Of a stretch of 64,000 bases of DNA, positions 16,661 to 25,330 are shown one piece after another. The stretch is taken from assembly GCA_964230645.1 (NCBI GenBank), contig CAXRHT010000003.1, positions 576,001 to 640,000 on the forward strand. The letters run 5' to 3'. The notes below the pieces were generated by a model. The model saw only the letters and a list, made by a program, of their open reading frames with translations, had not been told where the DNA came from and ran no database searches. Position 1 is the first letter of the stretch, and each line of letters starts with the position of its first letter. A program made the translations under genes and the position numbers. This stretch comes from Bdellovibrionales bacterium (GTDB taxonomy: Bacteria > Bdellovibrionota > Bdellovibrionia > Bdellovibrionales > JAGQZY01).

Positions 16661-19600
16661 TTAAAAGACATCTCGACACATGATGACCCCCGCATTCCCT
16701 TGGATGCGGTCAAAAGCCTGTTCCACCATAGGATTGGGTACATTCATGCGCCCCCTTTCCCGTTGAGCACTTTCACTACTCGTTAGGACGGTGGAATCGC
16801 GACGATCCAGGCGCTCTTGTTGTCGATCAAACTCTTCTCCGCTGGCGATCGCTGTGAAGCGCACATCGTTTTCTAAAAATTGATCCACACTCATTCGATC
16901 GAGAGTCAAATCGGCCCAGGTTTTGGCTTCACCTTGCTCACGTTTAATGAGTGCATTACGTCCTCTCAAGAAACTTTTTTTCCGGGCTAAGGAATCTTTA
17001 ATATGACGACGTATCGTTCGGCGATCAAAATTATTTCCAAGCCACTTGTCCATTAAGTCTCTTGCGACTCGCCGAGTGTATGTTCCCACTTTTGCATTCT
17101 TGGTTTGATTAATAAGAAGGAATCGCTCCCACCACTTCCTTTGCCCCAACGAATAAACCTGCACGTTTAACAGCAAATCAGAGACCATTTTTAGTACTTC
17201 CTCTGGAGCGTTCGCTGGAACTTGAAAGTTTCTGGATTCTAAGTGATTGAGATATTTAAGGTGCTCATAAAGTTGTGAGCGCGACCAGCCCACATGAGCA
17301 AGACGAGCTCTCAAAGAGACCTGCTCTAACACAAGCTGCTTCATTACGGCTTCCGTTAAGAGTGGAAGGGTCTTTTTTTGGTTTTCTGAAAGACCCTGAT
17401 AACCCGTGATATAGCTTTCCATTTGTTGCACATTTCTCTCAAAACTTCGGGCCATAAGAGTTTCTAAAACGTTTTGGTCACTGAGAATGTATTGTTCACT
17501 GTTCATTTCCCAAAGAGGTAAGTTTGATAAGACGACATGGCCCATTTGAGCCTTTGGAGAACGCCAAACCTCAAGGTCTCCCTCATGGTAAGAGGTTCCA
17601 AACCAAGCTATATTCCACAGCACTCCGTGGCGTTTTATAACTTCTCCTTTAAAACGGTGCACGACCACATTGTCTACATCGGACTGCTCGCCCATTACAT
17701 AGTTGAAAAGTTGCTTTGCTTTTTTATAAAGATAATTCTCACTGGGTTTTGTAAAAAAGCGGCGACGAGTAAGAGGAACACGCATTCCCAGTTCGTAGTA
17801 GGGGCGACCTTCAGCTTCTGCCAGGCTTATATCCTCTCCATTTTCAACAGCCTCCTTAAGATCACCGAGGCTGGAGTACTCAAGCACACCGGGTGTGAGT
17901 TCTCTTGGTGAAATAAGGTCTTTTAAAGTCTGTCTCTGGGATGACTGGGAAACGATACGGAGATTGATGCCATGCTCAACGGCCGCTCTCCTTAGATCAT
18001 CAAGCTTTGCGTAATCCCAAACGTTTCTTGAGTTGTTTTCGTTTTGGCCAGATGTGTCTCCGAAATCATTGGCTAAGAGAATGATCGTCTTTCCTTTAAA
18101 GTCTTCCGCTAAAGAGGTGCGATATTCAGAGTAGGGATCATTAGGATCTGCCACATCATTGAGGTCGGTCAGCCTTTCCATAAAAGAGATAAAGTTTTTA
18201 TAAGAGAGGTCCCAAATATCCAAATCTGTTTGAAGGTAATCATGGGCGAGAGTTTTCCATGATTCATAGGCCGTTCTTCCCATACGATGATTGGTCACCA
18301 GAAGAAAATCAGAATCGGGAGTTTTCATATAGTCATCGGCTACACTTAGAGTATGAAGACGACTTTGAATTGTCTGTAGCTGTTGACCACTGTTTTGACC
18401 CAGGCGATCGATATCAAGATCGACTTTATTCACTGTTGTGCGATAAGAGTCAGCGGCCGGGCTTACACCGACGACAAATTCTAAAATTTTAGACTGCCCA
18501 CGACGGAGATTTAAGATTTCTTGAATAAAACCGTCTCCAATTTTTAAAGGCTCTCCGGCTTTGTTAAAGAACTCCACGTCGGTCGCTCCTAAATCGCCAC
18601 CAATACGTTCAAAGTATTGAATCAGATGGCGACCAATTTCAGATTCGCCCCCAAAATCTTGGCCTGAGACATTGGTGACTTTTAAAATAAACCGGCCAGC
18701 CTCTCCTCGCGCTAAACTGGGAGGAGTATCGATGGGCTCAATTAAAACAGGGAACTGTACTGTAAACTCTTTTACGCCCTCAGGGCTTTGATTAAATTCA
18801 GGGATCACGCGAGCCACCTGAGCCACATCCGCTGTCCCTTTAGGACGAATCATTTCCTGGCGCACAAAGGGCTCTTGGGTTGGGCCCGTGAATAAATAAT
18901 CTTTTACGTTGAACTCGATCTCTAGGGGATCTCCATTTTCTGTCTGTACTTGGCGGACCTCTCCTGGCTCTAGACCCTCCGGGAGTGAAAATTCAATTTC
19001 ATCAGTGACATAGTATGCACCACTCGCAACCTTCACCCGGGCTTTTGCGTTCGCTGGTGTCGGCATATCTCCTAAGTTTCTAACAAAAATATCTTTTAAG
19101 TATCCTTTTTCACCCGGTTCAAAAATTCCATCGGATTTTTCTCCACGGTTCACATCCACAAATGAAAACCCTGCCAGCTGTAGACGAAAGCGATCTCTGT
19201 GGGTGGAAATCACCTCACCATTGTCACCGATAATTTCCCACTCGACCGTTCCGGTGTTTCCATCATCCCCTCGGTAAAGCGGGGAGTTCTCCTCATTGCC
19301 ATCACTTCCAGAAGAGCCACTGAAACCATTGGGGGCCTGCTTGGTTACGGTAACAGTATAAGTTTCTGTTGAGGTGTTACCGTCACTATCGGTTGTTGTT
19401 CGGGTTCGGGTTTCTTGTTCTTGATAAGTACCGCCCATGCCACCTGAGCCGCCACTCCCACCATCACCCGCTCTTCCATGCTCGCCATGTTCACCACCTA
19501 ATCCAGCGGGGGTAAGAGGGTCGATCACCCAAGCTAATTCTAGATGGTCAACAGGGAGTTGAATTTTTAGGTGGCCTCCATCGGCACCATCAGCGCCATC

Positions 19601-20227
19601 GGCGGCTGTGCCGGCATCACCACCGCGACCACCGTTACCACCATCGCCGCCGCGTTGGTTTCCAATACCGTTGCCACCGTCACCGCCGTCACCACCATTT
19701 TCGCCCCAGCCACCGTAACCGCCCATGCCTCCATTTCCTCCGCGGGCGACAAGACGAATAAAACCATTTTCATCAATATAGACTTTACGTTTTCCAAACT
19801 CGATTTCATTGCCATCGTCGGCTCTTAAATAGCCATCAATCGTCAGCAGTCCCACGACAGAATCCGTTGTCCCGAAACGAAAAAAACCTTCTCCAGCTCT
19901 CTCACCAGGTGCAGCTTCTTCTCCGGCCCCGCCATCTCGACCGTCTCTACCATTTGAGCCATCACCCCCAGCAAAACCACTACTTCCATCCGAGGCTTGC
20001 TGACCACGAAAGCTCACCCCGTCTTGCCCGTCGTCTCCTTTGACTCCGGAGACACTGAATTCAAAAAGGGTGTCTGACCATCGAGACCCCTGTTGAATAT
20101 AGAGGCCGTCGCTATCGGTTCTGGTTTCTCTCAAATTATCGTCATCAGCAAAAACGAATGAAAAAGTGAAAAACGTCACAACGGCGAGGGCATGTTTAAA
20201 CTTTTGACATTTTAGTGTCCTGAGCAT
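16661..20227 (-). CDS. Large exported protein with Gly-X-Y/Gly-rich repeats and Ig-like domains
   Basis: ATG at 20227 with GGAG RBS; signal peptide ending VFA; several (G-x-x)n runs; DGIFEPGE...VRNLGDMPTP domain; C-terminus ...MCRDVF. Confidence 0.8.
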   Translation of the reverse strand: MLRTLKCQKFKHALAVVTFFTFSFVFADDDNLRETRTDSDGLYIQQGSRWSDTLFEFSVSGVKGDDGQDGVSFRGQQASDGSSGFAGGDGSNGRDGRDGGAGEEAAPGERAGEGFFRFGTTDSVVGLLTIDGYLRADDGNEIEFGKRKVYIDENGFIRLVARGGNGGMGGYGGWGENGGDGGDGGNGIGNQRGGDGGNGGRGGDAGTAADGADGADGGHLKIQLPVDHLELAWVIDPLTPAGLGGEHGEHGRAGDGGSGGSGGMGGTYQEQETRTRTTTDSDGNTSTETYTVTVTKQAPNGFSGSSGSDGNEENSPLYRGDDGNTGTVEWEIIGDNGEVISTHRDRFRLQLAGFSFVDVNRGEKSDGIFEPGEKGYLKDIFVRNLGDMPTPANAKARVKVASGAYYVTDEIEFSLPEGLEPGEVRQVQTENGDPLEIEFNVKDYLFTGPTQEPFVRQEMIRPKGTADVAQVARVIPEFNQSPEGVKEFTVQFPVLIEPIDTPPSLARGEAGRFILKVTNVSGQDFGGESEIGRHLIQYFERIGGDLGATDVEFFNKAGEPLKIGDGFIQEILNLRRGQSKILEFVVGVSPAADSYRTTVNKVDLDIDRLGQNSGQQLQTIQSRLHTLSVADDYMKTPDSDFLLVTNHRMGRTAYESWKTLAHDYLQTDLDIWDLSYKNFISFMERLTDLNDVADPNDPYSEYRTSLAEDFKGKTIILLANDFGDTSGQNENNSRNVWDYAKLDDLRRAAVEHGINLRIVSQSSQRQTLKDLISPRELTPGVLEYSSLGDLKEAVENGEDISLAEAEGRPYYELGMRVPLTRRRFFTKPSENYLYKKAKQLFNYVMGEQSDVDNVVVHRFKGEVIKRHGVLWNIAWFGTSYHEGDLEVWRSPKAQMGHVVLSNLPLWEMNSEQYILSDQNVLETLMARSFERNVQQMESYITGYQGLSENQKKTLPLLTEAVMKQLVLEQVSLRARLAHVGWSRSQLYEHLKYLNHLESRNFQVPANAPEEVLKMVSDLLLNVQVYSLGQRKWWERFLLINQTKNAKVGTYTRRVARDLMDKWLGNNFDRRTIRRHIKDSLARKKSFLRGRNALIKREQGEAKTWADLTLDRMSVDQFLENDVRFTAIASGEEFDRQQERLDRRDSTVLTSSESAQRERGRMNVPNPMVEQAFDRIQGNAGVIMCRDVF

Positions 20228-20295
20228 GGGTTTACTCCAAAATATGTGGGGCCCAGTGGGGCATTTAAAAAAATCTACGAATAAGACTCTGAAAA

Positions 20296-20311
20296 TGCAG
20301 GGCTTGTGCCA
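20296..20311 (-). promoter_or_regulatory. Putative sigma54 promoter
   Basis: Minus strand TGGCACAAGCCCTGCA closely matches TGGCAC-N5-TTGCW; about 70 bp upstream of the ATG at 20227. Confidence 0.65.
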
Positions 20312-20370
20312 GGGCAAAGAGAATGCTTTAGAAAATATGTCGTAAAATTGCGATGGGGTAGGGAGAAAAG

Positions 20371-20401
20371 AAAAAGCCAGCATTCTTAAAAAGCTGGCTT
20401 T
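20371..20401 (-). terminator. Rho-independent terminator after hpt
   Basis: AAAGCCAGC / GCTGGCTTT stem with an A-run that gives a U-tail on the minus strand. Confidence 0.7.
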
Positions 20402-20431
20402 GGCAATCCATTGTCTGTTTATGACTGGAGT

Positions 20432-20962
20432 TTAATTAAAATCAGAACTTTGAGCAATATAAGGAAGATTGCGATAGTAGCCTTGGTAATCGAGTCCGTA
20501 CCCAACGACAAAGCGATTTTCTATTTCAAAGCCGACATGATCAATCGTGCAATCGGTTTTCAATGCGGCTGGCTTAAAAAGAAGGGAAGTGGTGACCAAT
20601 CGTTTTGGCATACGGGCTTGAATGTTCTTTTTAAGATAATTCATAGTAAGACCGGTATCGACGATGTCTTCAACAAGTAAAACATTTTTTCCTTCTAAGG
20701 GAACAGTGAGATCCAAAGTCGTTTTTACTTCTCCAGAGGATTGAGTGGTGCCACCATAAGAAGAGACTCCAAAAAATTCGCATTGAATATCAAGGTCCAT
20801 ACTTCTCACTAAATCCGCAAAATACATGCAAGAACCTTTAAGAATACAAATCGCGGTAAGGTCTTCTCCTTTGAACTCGTCAGTGAGTTTCTTGCCAATT
20901 TCTGAGACCTTTTTTTCAATGTCTTCGGCACTAATTAGTTCTGTGAGATTTAATGGTTTCAT
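20432..20962 (-). CDS. hpt: Hypoxanthine phosphoribosyltransferase
   Basis: ILKGS, VLLVEDIVDTGLT (PRPP motif), FVVGYGLDY..YRNLP. Confidence 0.97.
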   Translation of the reverse strand: MKPLNLTELISAEDIEKKVSEIGKKLTDEFKGEDLTAICILKGSCMYFADLVRSMDLDIQCEFFGVSSYGGTTQSSGEVKTTLDLTVPLEGKNVLLVEDIVDTGLTMNYLKKNIQARMPKRLVTTSLLFKPAALKTDCTIDHVGFEIENRFVVGYGLDYQGYYRNLPYIAQSSDFN

Positions 20963-20980
20963 GGCTAAAAACTCCCCTTT

Positions 20981-21772
20981 TTAAACAAACGAATTATTGA
21001 TCAACTCTCCCACACCTCCGGCCCCGGGGACAATATACTGGCTGTCATTGAGGCCTTTTTCTTCGTCCCAGTGCTTTCCTGGCACCTCACTCAGCACTTT
21101 TTCGGGCGAAAAGCCGCGATCAAGCCTGGCGGAGTAGACGATAACATCAGGATGGGTTTCGGTAATCTTTCTTATAAATTCCGGTGTGATAATCATATGA
21201 GCGGAGATGATTTGGCGAGCTTTGCCGTCGACCTTATTTTTGTAGTGGTCGATCACCTCACATAAAGAGGAGCCTGTGGCACCCATCGGATCGGGGATCA
21301 GTAAGATAGCGTCATCCACATCTCCTCCGATTTTTGAAGAATTCAACTCTGTGTGGGTGACCTCTCCTTTTTCATTGGTCACTCTTGAAGCAAAAATATG
21401 ATCCAGCCTTAAACCTTGAGGAGTCACAATTTCATTGAGTTCATCAAAAAATATTTGAGCCGGTAGCATTCCCGCACGCGCCACATCAACACAAACGGCT
21501 TTCTGAGAGATTTCAAAGAAGGTCTCTTTTAGTTTCACTTCCGGATGCATCGTGGTCATTCTTGTAGGCCGCTCTTCTTCCTTCTTTGGCCACTGACCGT
21601 TCATGATCTGAATAAAGAGTTGTTTAAAAATCTTTTTGATATAGCGGTTAAACTGGGGTTGGCCACAATTCTCACCCGAGGCCACGCCACAAAGGTGATT
21701 TAGGTAAGGGTCGTCGAGAAGGACAATATTTTCTGGATACTCATGTTTGATTTGTAGAGGCTGCCAAGACAT
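20981..21772 (-). CDS. upp: Uracil phosphoribosyltransferase
   Basis: VARAG, IPDPMGATGSS and LNDSQYIVPGAG motifs. Confidence 0.88.
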   Translation of the reverse strand: MSWQPLQIKHEYPENIVLLDDPYLNHLCGVASGENCGQPQFNRYIKKIFKQLFIQIMNGQWPKKEEERPTRMTTMHPEVKLKETFFEISQKAVCVDVARAGMLPAQIFFDELNEIVTPQGLRLDHIFASRVTNEKGEVTHTELNSSKIGGDVDDAILLIPDPMGATGSSLCEVIDHYKNKVDGKARQIISAHMIITPEFIRKITETHPDVIVYSARLDRGFSPEKVLSEVPGKHWDEEKGLNDSQYIVPGAGGVGELINNSFV

Positions 21773-21787
21773 GGCCCCTATGTACAC

Positions 21788-22744
21788 TCACTTCACTTCA
21801 AGGACAAGGGCGATGTCGCTTAAGGAATCCATGAATTCCTCATTGTTAAGAATCTGGAGCTTGCGGCTTCCTTCAAAGAGATTCCTCTCTTCTTGAGTAA
21901 AATCAAGATCATGCACGCCAATATCCACGATAAAAGCGCTGTCCTGAGTTCGCATATTAATGTCAAAGGTCAGTGGGGGAGAGGGTTCCTCGTCTAATTT
22001 TAGCTGATTCCAAAATCGAACCTCAGCTTTAATGGATTCAGGGCTTGAGTCTTCAGCAACAATCACCTGGGCATAGAAACCAAAATTGAGTCCCGTTTCT
22101 AGATCCTGCTCGCCTATGAATAAATTAACGGGCTCTCCCAATTGGTACTGTTTTCTCTGGTTTCCGAAACTATTAAACTCTTGTTTATTGCTTCCCCGAA
22201 ATTGAGTGGCAAATTGATCGGTTACTATAAAAACTCCCTGTTCCAGTTTGCGAGCGGACTGAGAGAGAGTCTCCAAACCGTTTCGAGTGATACTGTAAAC
22301 TTTCACACTCAATTGTTTTTGTAATTGCGGTGCTGAATTTTCGGATGGTGGTGGGTTTTGCCTAAGAGAAGCCTGCTCTGAGGGCGCTTGCCGTCCTTGT
22401 AGGTTTTGCACACTTTCAGTTTCACTTTGAAAGCTTTCAACCGCTTGCGGCTCACTGACGGAATCATCTCTAGCAATGGTAGAGGAGACGGGAGGAAGAT
22501 TACTGCGGCTATCTGTCTTATCGGTGCGAGGAATAAAGTTATCTCTTAAAACAACGACGAATATAACCAGGAACAATAAACCCAACTGAACCATCCAATT
22601 TCCCAAGATTTTTTTCCATCTTGGTTTTTGTGGGGGTTCATAGGACTCCATATTGATCCCACATCCAGCGCAATACTGGTCCTTGGGTTGGAGCAAGTTA
22701 CATTTGGGACAATTAATCATCATGATTGGGTCCTGGTTCGCCAA
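21788..22744 (-). CDS. Membrane protein with N-terminal zinc ribbon
   Basis: CPKC-x8-CAGC, one TM helix, low-complexity linker, periplasmic domain. Confidence 0.7.
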   Translation of the reverse strand: MANQDPIMMINCPKCNLLQPKDQYCAGCGINMESYEPPQKPRWKKILGNWMVQLGLLFLVIFVVVLRDNFIPRTDKTDSRSNLPPVSSTIARDDSVSEPQAVESFQSETESVQNLQGRQAPSEQASLRQNPPPSENSAPQLQKQLSVKVYSITRNGLETLSQSARKLEQGVFIVTDQFATQFRGSNKQEFNSFGNQRKQYQLGEPVNLFIGEQDLETGLNFGFYAQVIVAEDSSPESIKAEVRFWNQLKLDEEPSPPLTFDINMRTQDSAFIVDIGVHDLDFTQEERNLFEGSRKLQILNNEEFMDSLSDIALVLEVK

Positions 22745-22793
22745 ATTAAGTTTAGCACAGCCAGACCGAGGGTAAGGCGGAATTCTGACAAAT

Positions 22794-22822
22794 TTGACGC
22801 CATACGTCGAATGCCGTAAAGT
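22794..22822 (+). promoter_or_regulatory. sigma70 promoter of the dcw operon
   Basis: TTGACG-N17-TAAAGT, with the -10 element overlapping the first MraZ box. Confidence 0.65.
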
Positions 22823-22866
22823 GGAGAAAAGTGGGAAAAAGTGGAACCAAAGTGGTTCAAAGTGGA
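22818..22866 (+). promoter_or_regulatory. MraZ-binding repeats (five AAAGTGG boxes)
   Basis: GTGG at 22821, 22831, 22841, 22852 and 22862 (10/10/11/10 spacing) directly upstream of mraZ. Confidence 0.9.
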
Positions 22867-22892
22867 ATTCCCAGCAAACCTAGGACGGGTAA

Positions 22893-23357
22893 GTGGAAGA
22901 GCTAAGAGGGCGATTCGAAATTAAGATGGATCAGAAAGGAAGAATGAACTTCCCTTCCGCCCTTTTCAACGAGGAAAACTCGTCCTTTGTCGTAACCAAT
23001 AGTCAGTACCAAGGATGCCGTTGTCTGGACATATATCCCAAACAAGAGTGGGAAAAGCTGGAAAAGAAAATTTCCGGACTTTCGCCACTTAAAAAAGAGG
23101 TCCAAGCATTTCAACGTTTCTACATCGCTGGCGGACAACCAATCGAGGCCGGGAACAAAGGTCGAGTTCTCATTCCTAAAAGCTTAAGGGAGTACGCAAA
23201 CCTCCAAGACGAGATCGTCATTGTGGGAATGGGCACAAAATTAGAAGTTTGGAACCTTGCCGATTGGAACAAAATCTTTGATAACTTGGCCAGCGATTTC
23301 GAAGACACTCTTGGAGTGATCGCGAATCTGGATATGGGAGTAGAAAATGCATCATAA
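22893..23357 (+). CDS. mraZ: Division/cell wall cluster transcriptional repressor MraZ
   Basis: MDQKGR and NKGRVLIP..LREYA motifs; first gene of dcw. Confidence 0.95.
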   Translation: MEELRGRFEIKMDQKGRMNFPSALFNEENSSFVVTNSQYQGCRCLDIYPKQEWEKLEKKISGLSPLKKEVQAFQRFYIAGGQPIEAGNKGRVLIPKSLREYANLQDEIVIVGMGTKLEVWNLADWNKIFDNLASDFEDTLGVIANLDMGVENAS

Positions 23358-24279
23358 TAACAACAACAATAATAATCATTATCCCGTAATGCTAAACGAA
23401 GTAATGGAAATGTTTTCCCAAGCCAATGTGGAAAAGCCTAAAAACTATCTTGATGGAACTTTCGGACGTGGAGGGCACGCCGAAAAAGTATCCAGCCAAT
23501 TTCCTGAACTTGATATCTATGCCCTTGATAAAGATAAAGAAGCCATTGATTTTGCTAAAAAGAATTGGGAGCAACAATCAAAGGCTAAAAAATTCTTTAT
23601 CGAACAAGCCAGTTTCAACAGTCTCGATAAAGTGATCGAGAACCGCAACTGGCCTCAAAAGTATGACATGATTCTCTTGGACCTTGGTGTCAGTTCCCCC
23701 CAATTGGACCAAGGTTCGAGAGGTTTTTCTTTTTATCATCAGGGTCCCCTCGATATGAGAATGGACCAACGCTCACCCTTAACGGCTGAGGAAATTATTA
23801 ACTATTGGAGTGAAGAAGAGCTTGTCGATATCTTTAAAGATTACGGCGAAGTTTTTAAACCCTACAATGTTGTAAAAACAATTCTTCGTGAAAGAAAAAA
23901 GAACACGATTTCTTCTACTCAAGAGCTTTCAAGCCTTATTGAAAAGTCTATTGGTTGGAGAAAAAAAGGGAAGCACCCGGCCACGAAGTACTTTATGGCT
24001 TTAAGGCTTGTGGTGAACAAGGAGCTGGAAGACCTAAAAGACGGTCTACAAACGCTTATGAAGCGTCTTGTTCCCGGTGGCCGTTTAGTAGTTATCACTT
24101 TCCATTCTTTAGAAGATCGTATCGTAAAACAAGTTTTTAGGAATTCTGACTACGGACAGCCAGTTAATAAGAAAGTGGTTAAACCCACTAGAGACGAGCA
24201 ACTGGAAAACCGCAGATCGCGAAGTGCTAAGCTTCGCGCCTTTGAGAGAATTATTGAAGAAAGTATTAAAGATTTATAA
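23347..24279 (+). CDS. rsmH: 16S rRNA m4C1402 methyltransferase RsmH
   Basis: H.PVML.E, DGTFGRGGH, DLGVSSPQLD, PLDMRMD, FHSLEDR, SRSAKLR. Confidence 0.97.
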   Translation: MHHNNNNNNNHYPVMLNEVMEMFSQANVEKPKNYLDGTFGRGGHAEKVSSQFPELDIYALDKDKEAIDFAKKNWEQQSKAKKFFIEQASFNSLDKVIENRNWPQKYDMILLDLGVSSPQLDQGSRGFSFYHQGPLDMRMDQRSPLTAEEIINYWSEEELVDIFKDYGEVFKPYNVVKTILRERKKNTISSTQELSSLIEKSIGWRKKGKHPATKYFMALRLVVNKELEDLKDGLQTLMKRLVPGGRLVVITFHSLEDRIVKQVFRNSDYGQPVNKKVVKPTRDEQLENRRSRSAKLRAFERIIEESIKDL

Positions 24280-24329
24280 AAATTATTGGAATCACGAAGA
24301 GCCCAAACAGAAAAGATCAGGAGGATCAA

Positions 24330-24629
24330 ATGAGTCGAGAGCAAGCCAAATCAATTAAGCCATTTATTAGTGTCATTCTATTTATGTGTTTTATGTTCAC
24401 ATTTGCTTTTGTGAAAATGGAAAACAGAAGAATGGGATATTCTTTTATGAAACTCGCCCACCAGGAAAAACTCATGCGTAACAAACAAAGAGAAAAATCC
24501 ATCCAATTAGCTCGCATGACTGGCCCTGAAAGACTGCAACTCGTTGCCACTCAAAAACTTCCCTTGAAAAAGGCGGATGCCAGTCAAATAATCCAGATGA
24601 CTGGTGATGGAATGGCGATTGTTCAATAA
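24330..24629 (+). CDS. ftsL: Cell division protein FtsL-like
   Basis: Position after rsmH; short cytoplasmic tail, TM and coiled coil ending PERL..A...L.L. Confidence 0.75.
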   Translation: MSREQAKSIKPFISVILFMCFMFTFAFVKMENRRMGYSFMKLAHQEKLMRNKQREKSIQLARMTGPERLQLVATQKLPLKKADASQIIQMTGDGMAIVQ

Positions 24630-24681
24630 AAACTTTAACCGACTCTGATTTCTAAACGTCTCCTAAAGTAGGAGGGAGATT

Positions 24682-25254
24682 TTGCTCATTTTAAGATTTT
24701 TTTTCTGTATTCTGATTTTATTTTTTTCTGTCGCCTGCGAAAGGTCCACGCTGGAATGGGTTTCTAGTGGGGGAAATCAAGGCAGTGAGATTCCTGCTGA
24801 CGGCAATCAGGGAGAAAGTGAAGACGTTGTCGTCCCTTCACAAATTTTACTTCATGCCCAGAAGTCTTATAACCCAAGTCGTTGGCGCGACGGTTCTTAT
24901 GTGATCAAAAACGAGATCGGCAATCTCGAATTTTTAAAGGTGAGTCTACCGACAGAAATCCCTGTGACCTCAGGCAATGCCGGCAATCACCGCGTGACCC
25001 TTTTTATTGATTTTCAAGGTGGCTCGCTTGAGTGCTATTATAAAGGAGGTGCGGACATCAATAAGCCCCTTCAAAGTGGCAACAGTTCACAAATTGAAAA
25101 AGGTAAAAAATATCTTTTTGAAGAGTGCAGCGATGGGAGCGAACCTGGTGACCTTATTAAGGCGCAAAAAAACTTCCTTTTAACAATCAATAATGGTGAC
25201 AGTTCAAAAACAACGTCCATTCGCATGCCCATTCAAGTGGATTCCTACAATTAA
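24682..25254 (+). CDS. Hypothetical lipoprotein
   Basis: GGAGG RBS; lipobox SVAC; inserted between ftsL and ftsI. Confidence 0.7.
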   Translation: MLILRFFFCILILFFSVACERSTLEWVSSGGNQGSEIPADGNQGESEDVVVPSQILLHAQKSYNPSRWRDGSYVIKNEIGNLEFLKVSLPTEIPVTSGNAGNHRVTLFIDFQGGSLECYYKGGADINKPLQSGNSSQIEKGKKYLFEECSDGSEPGDLIKAQKNFLLTINNGDSSKTTSIRMPIQVDSYN

Positions 25255-25292
25255 AATTCAACAAATAAAATCTTAGGAAAAGCCTCTACAGG

Positions 25293-25320
25293 TTGCCCTC
25301 TCAACCAATCACTGTATAAT
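25293..25320 (+). promoter_or_regulatory. Putative internal sigma70 promoter for ftsI
   Basis: TTGCCC-N16-TATAAT just upstream of ftsI. Confidence 0.4.
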
Positions 25321-25330
25321 TGAATAAAGG

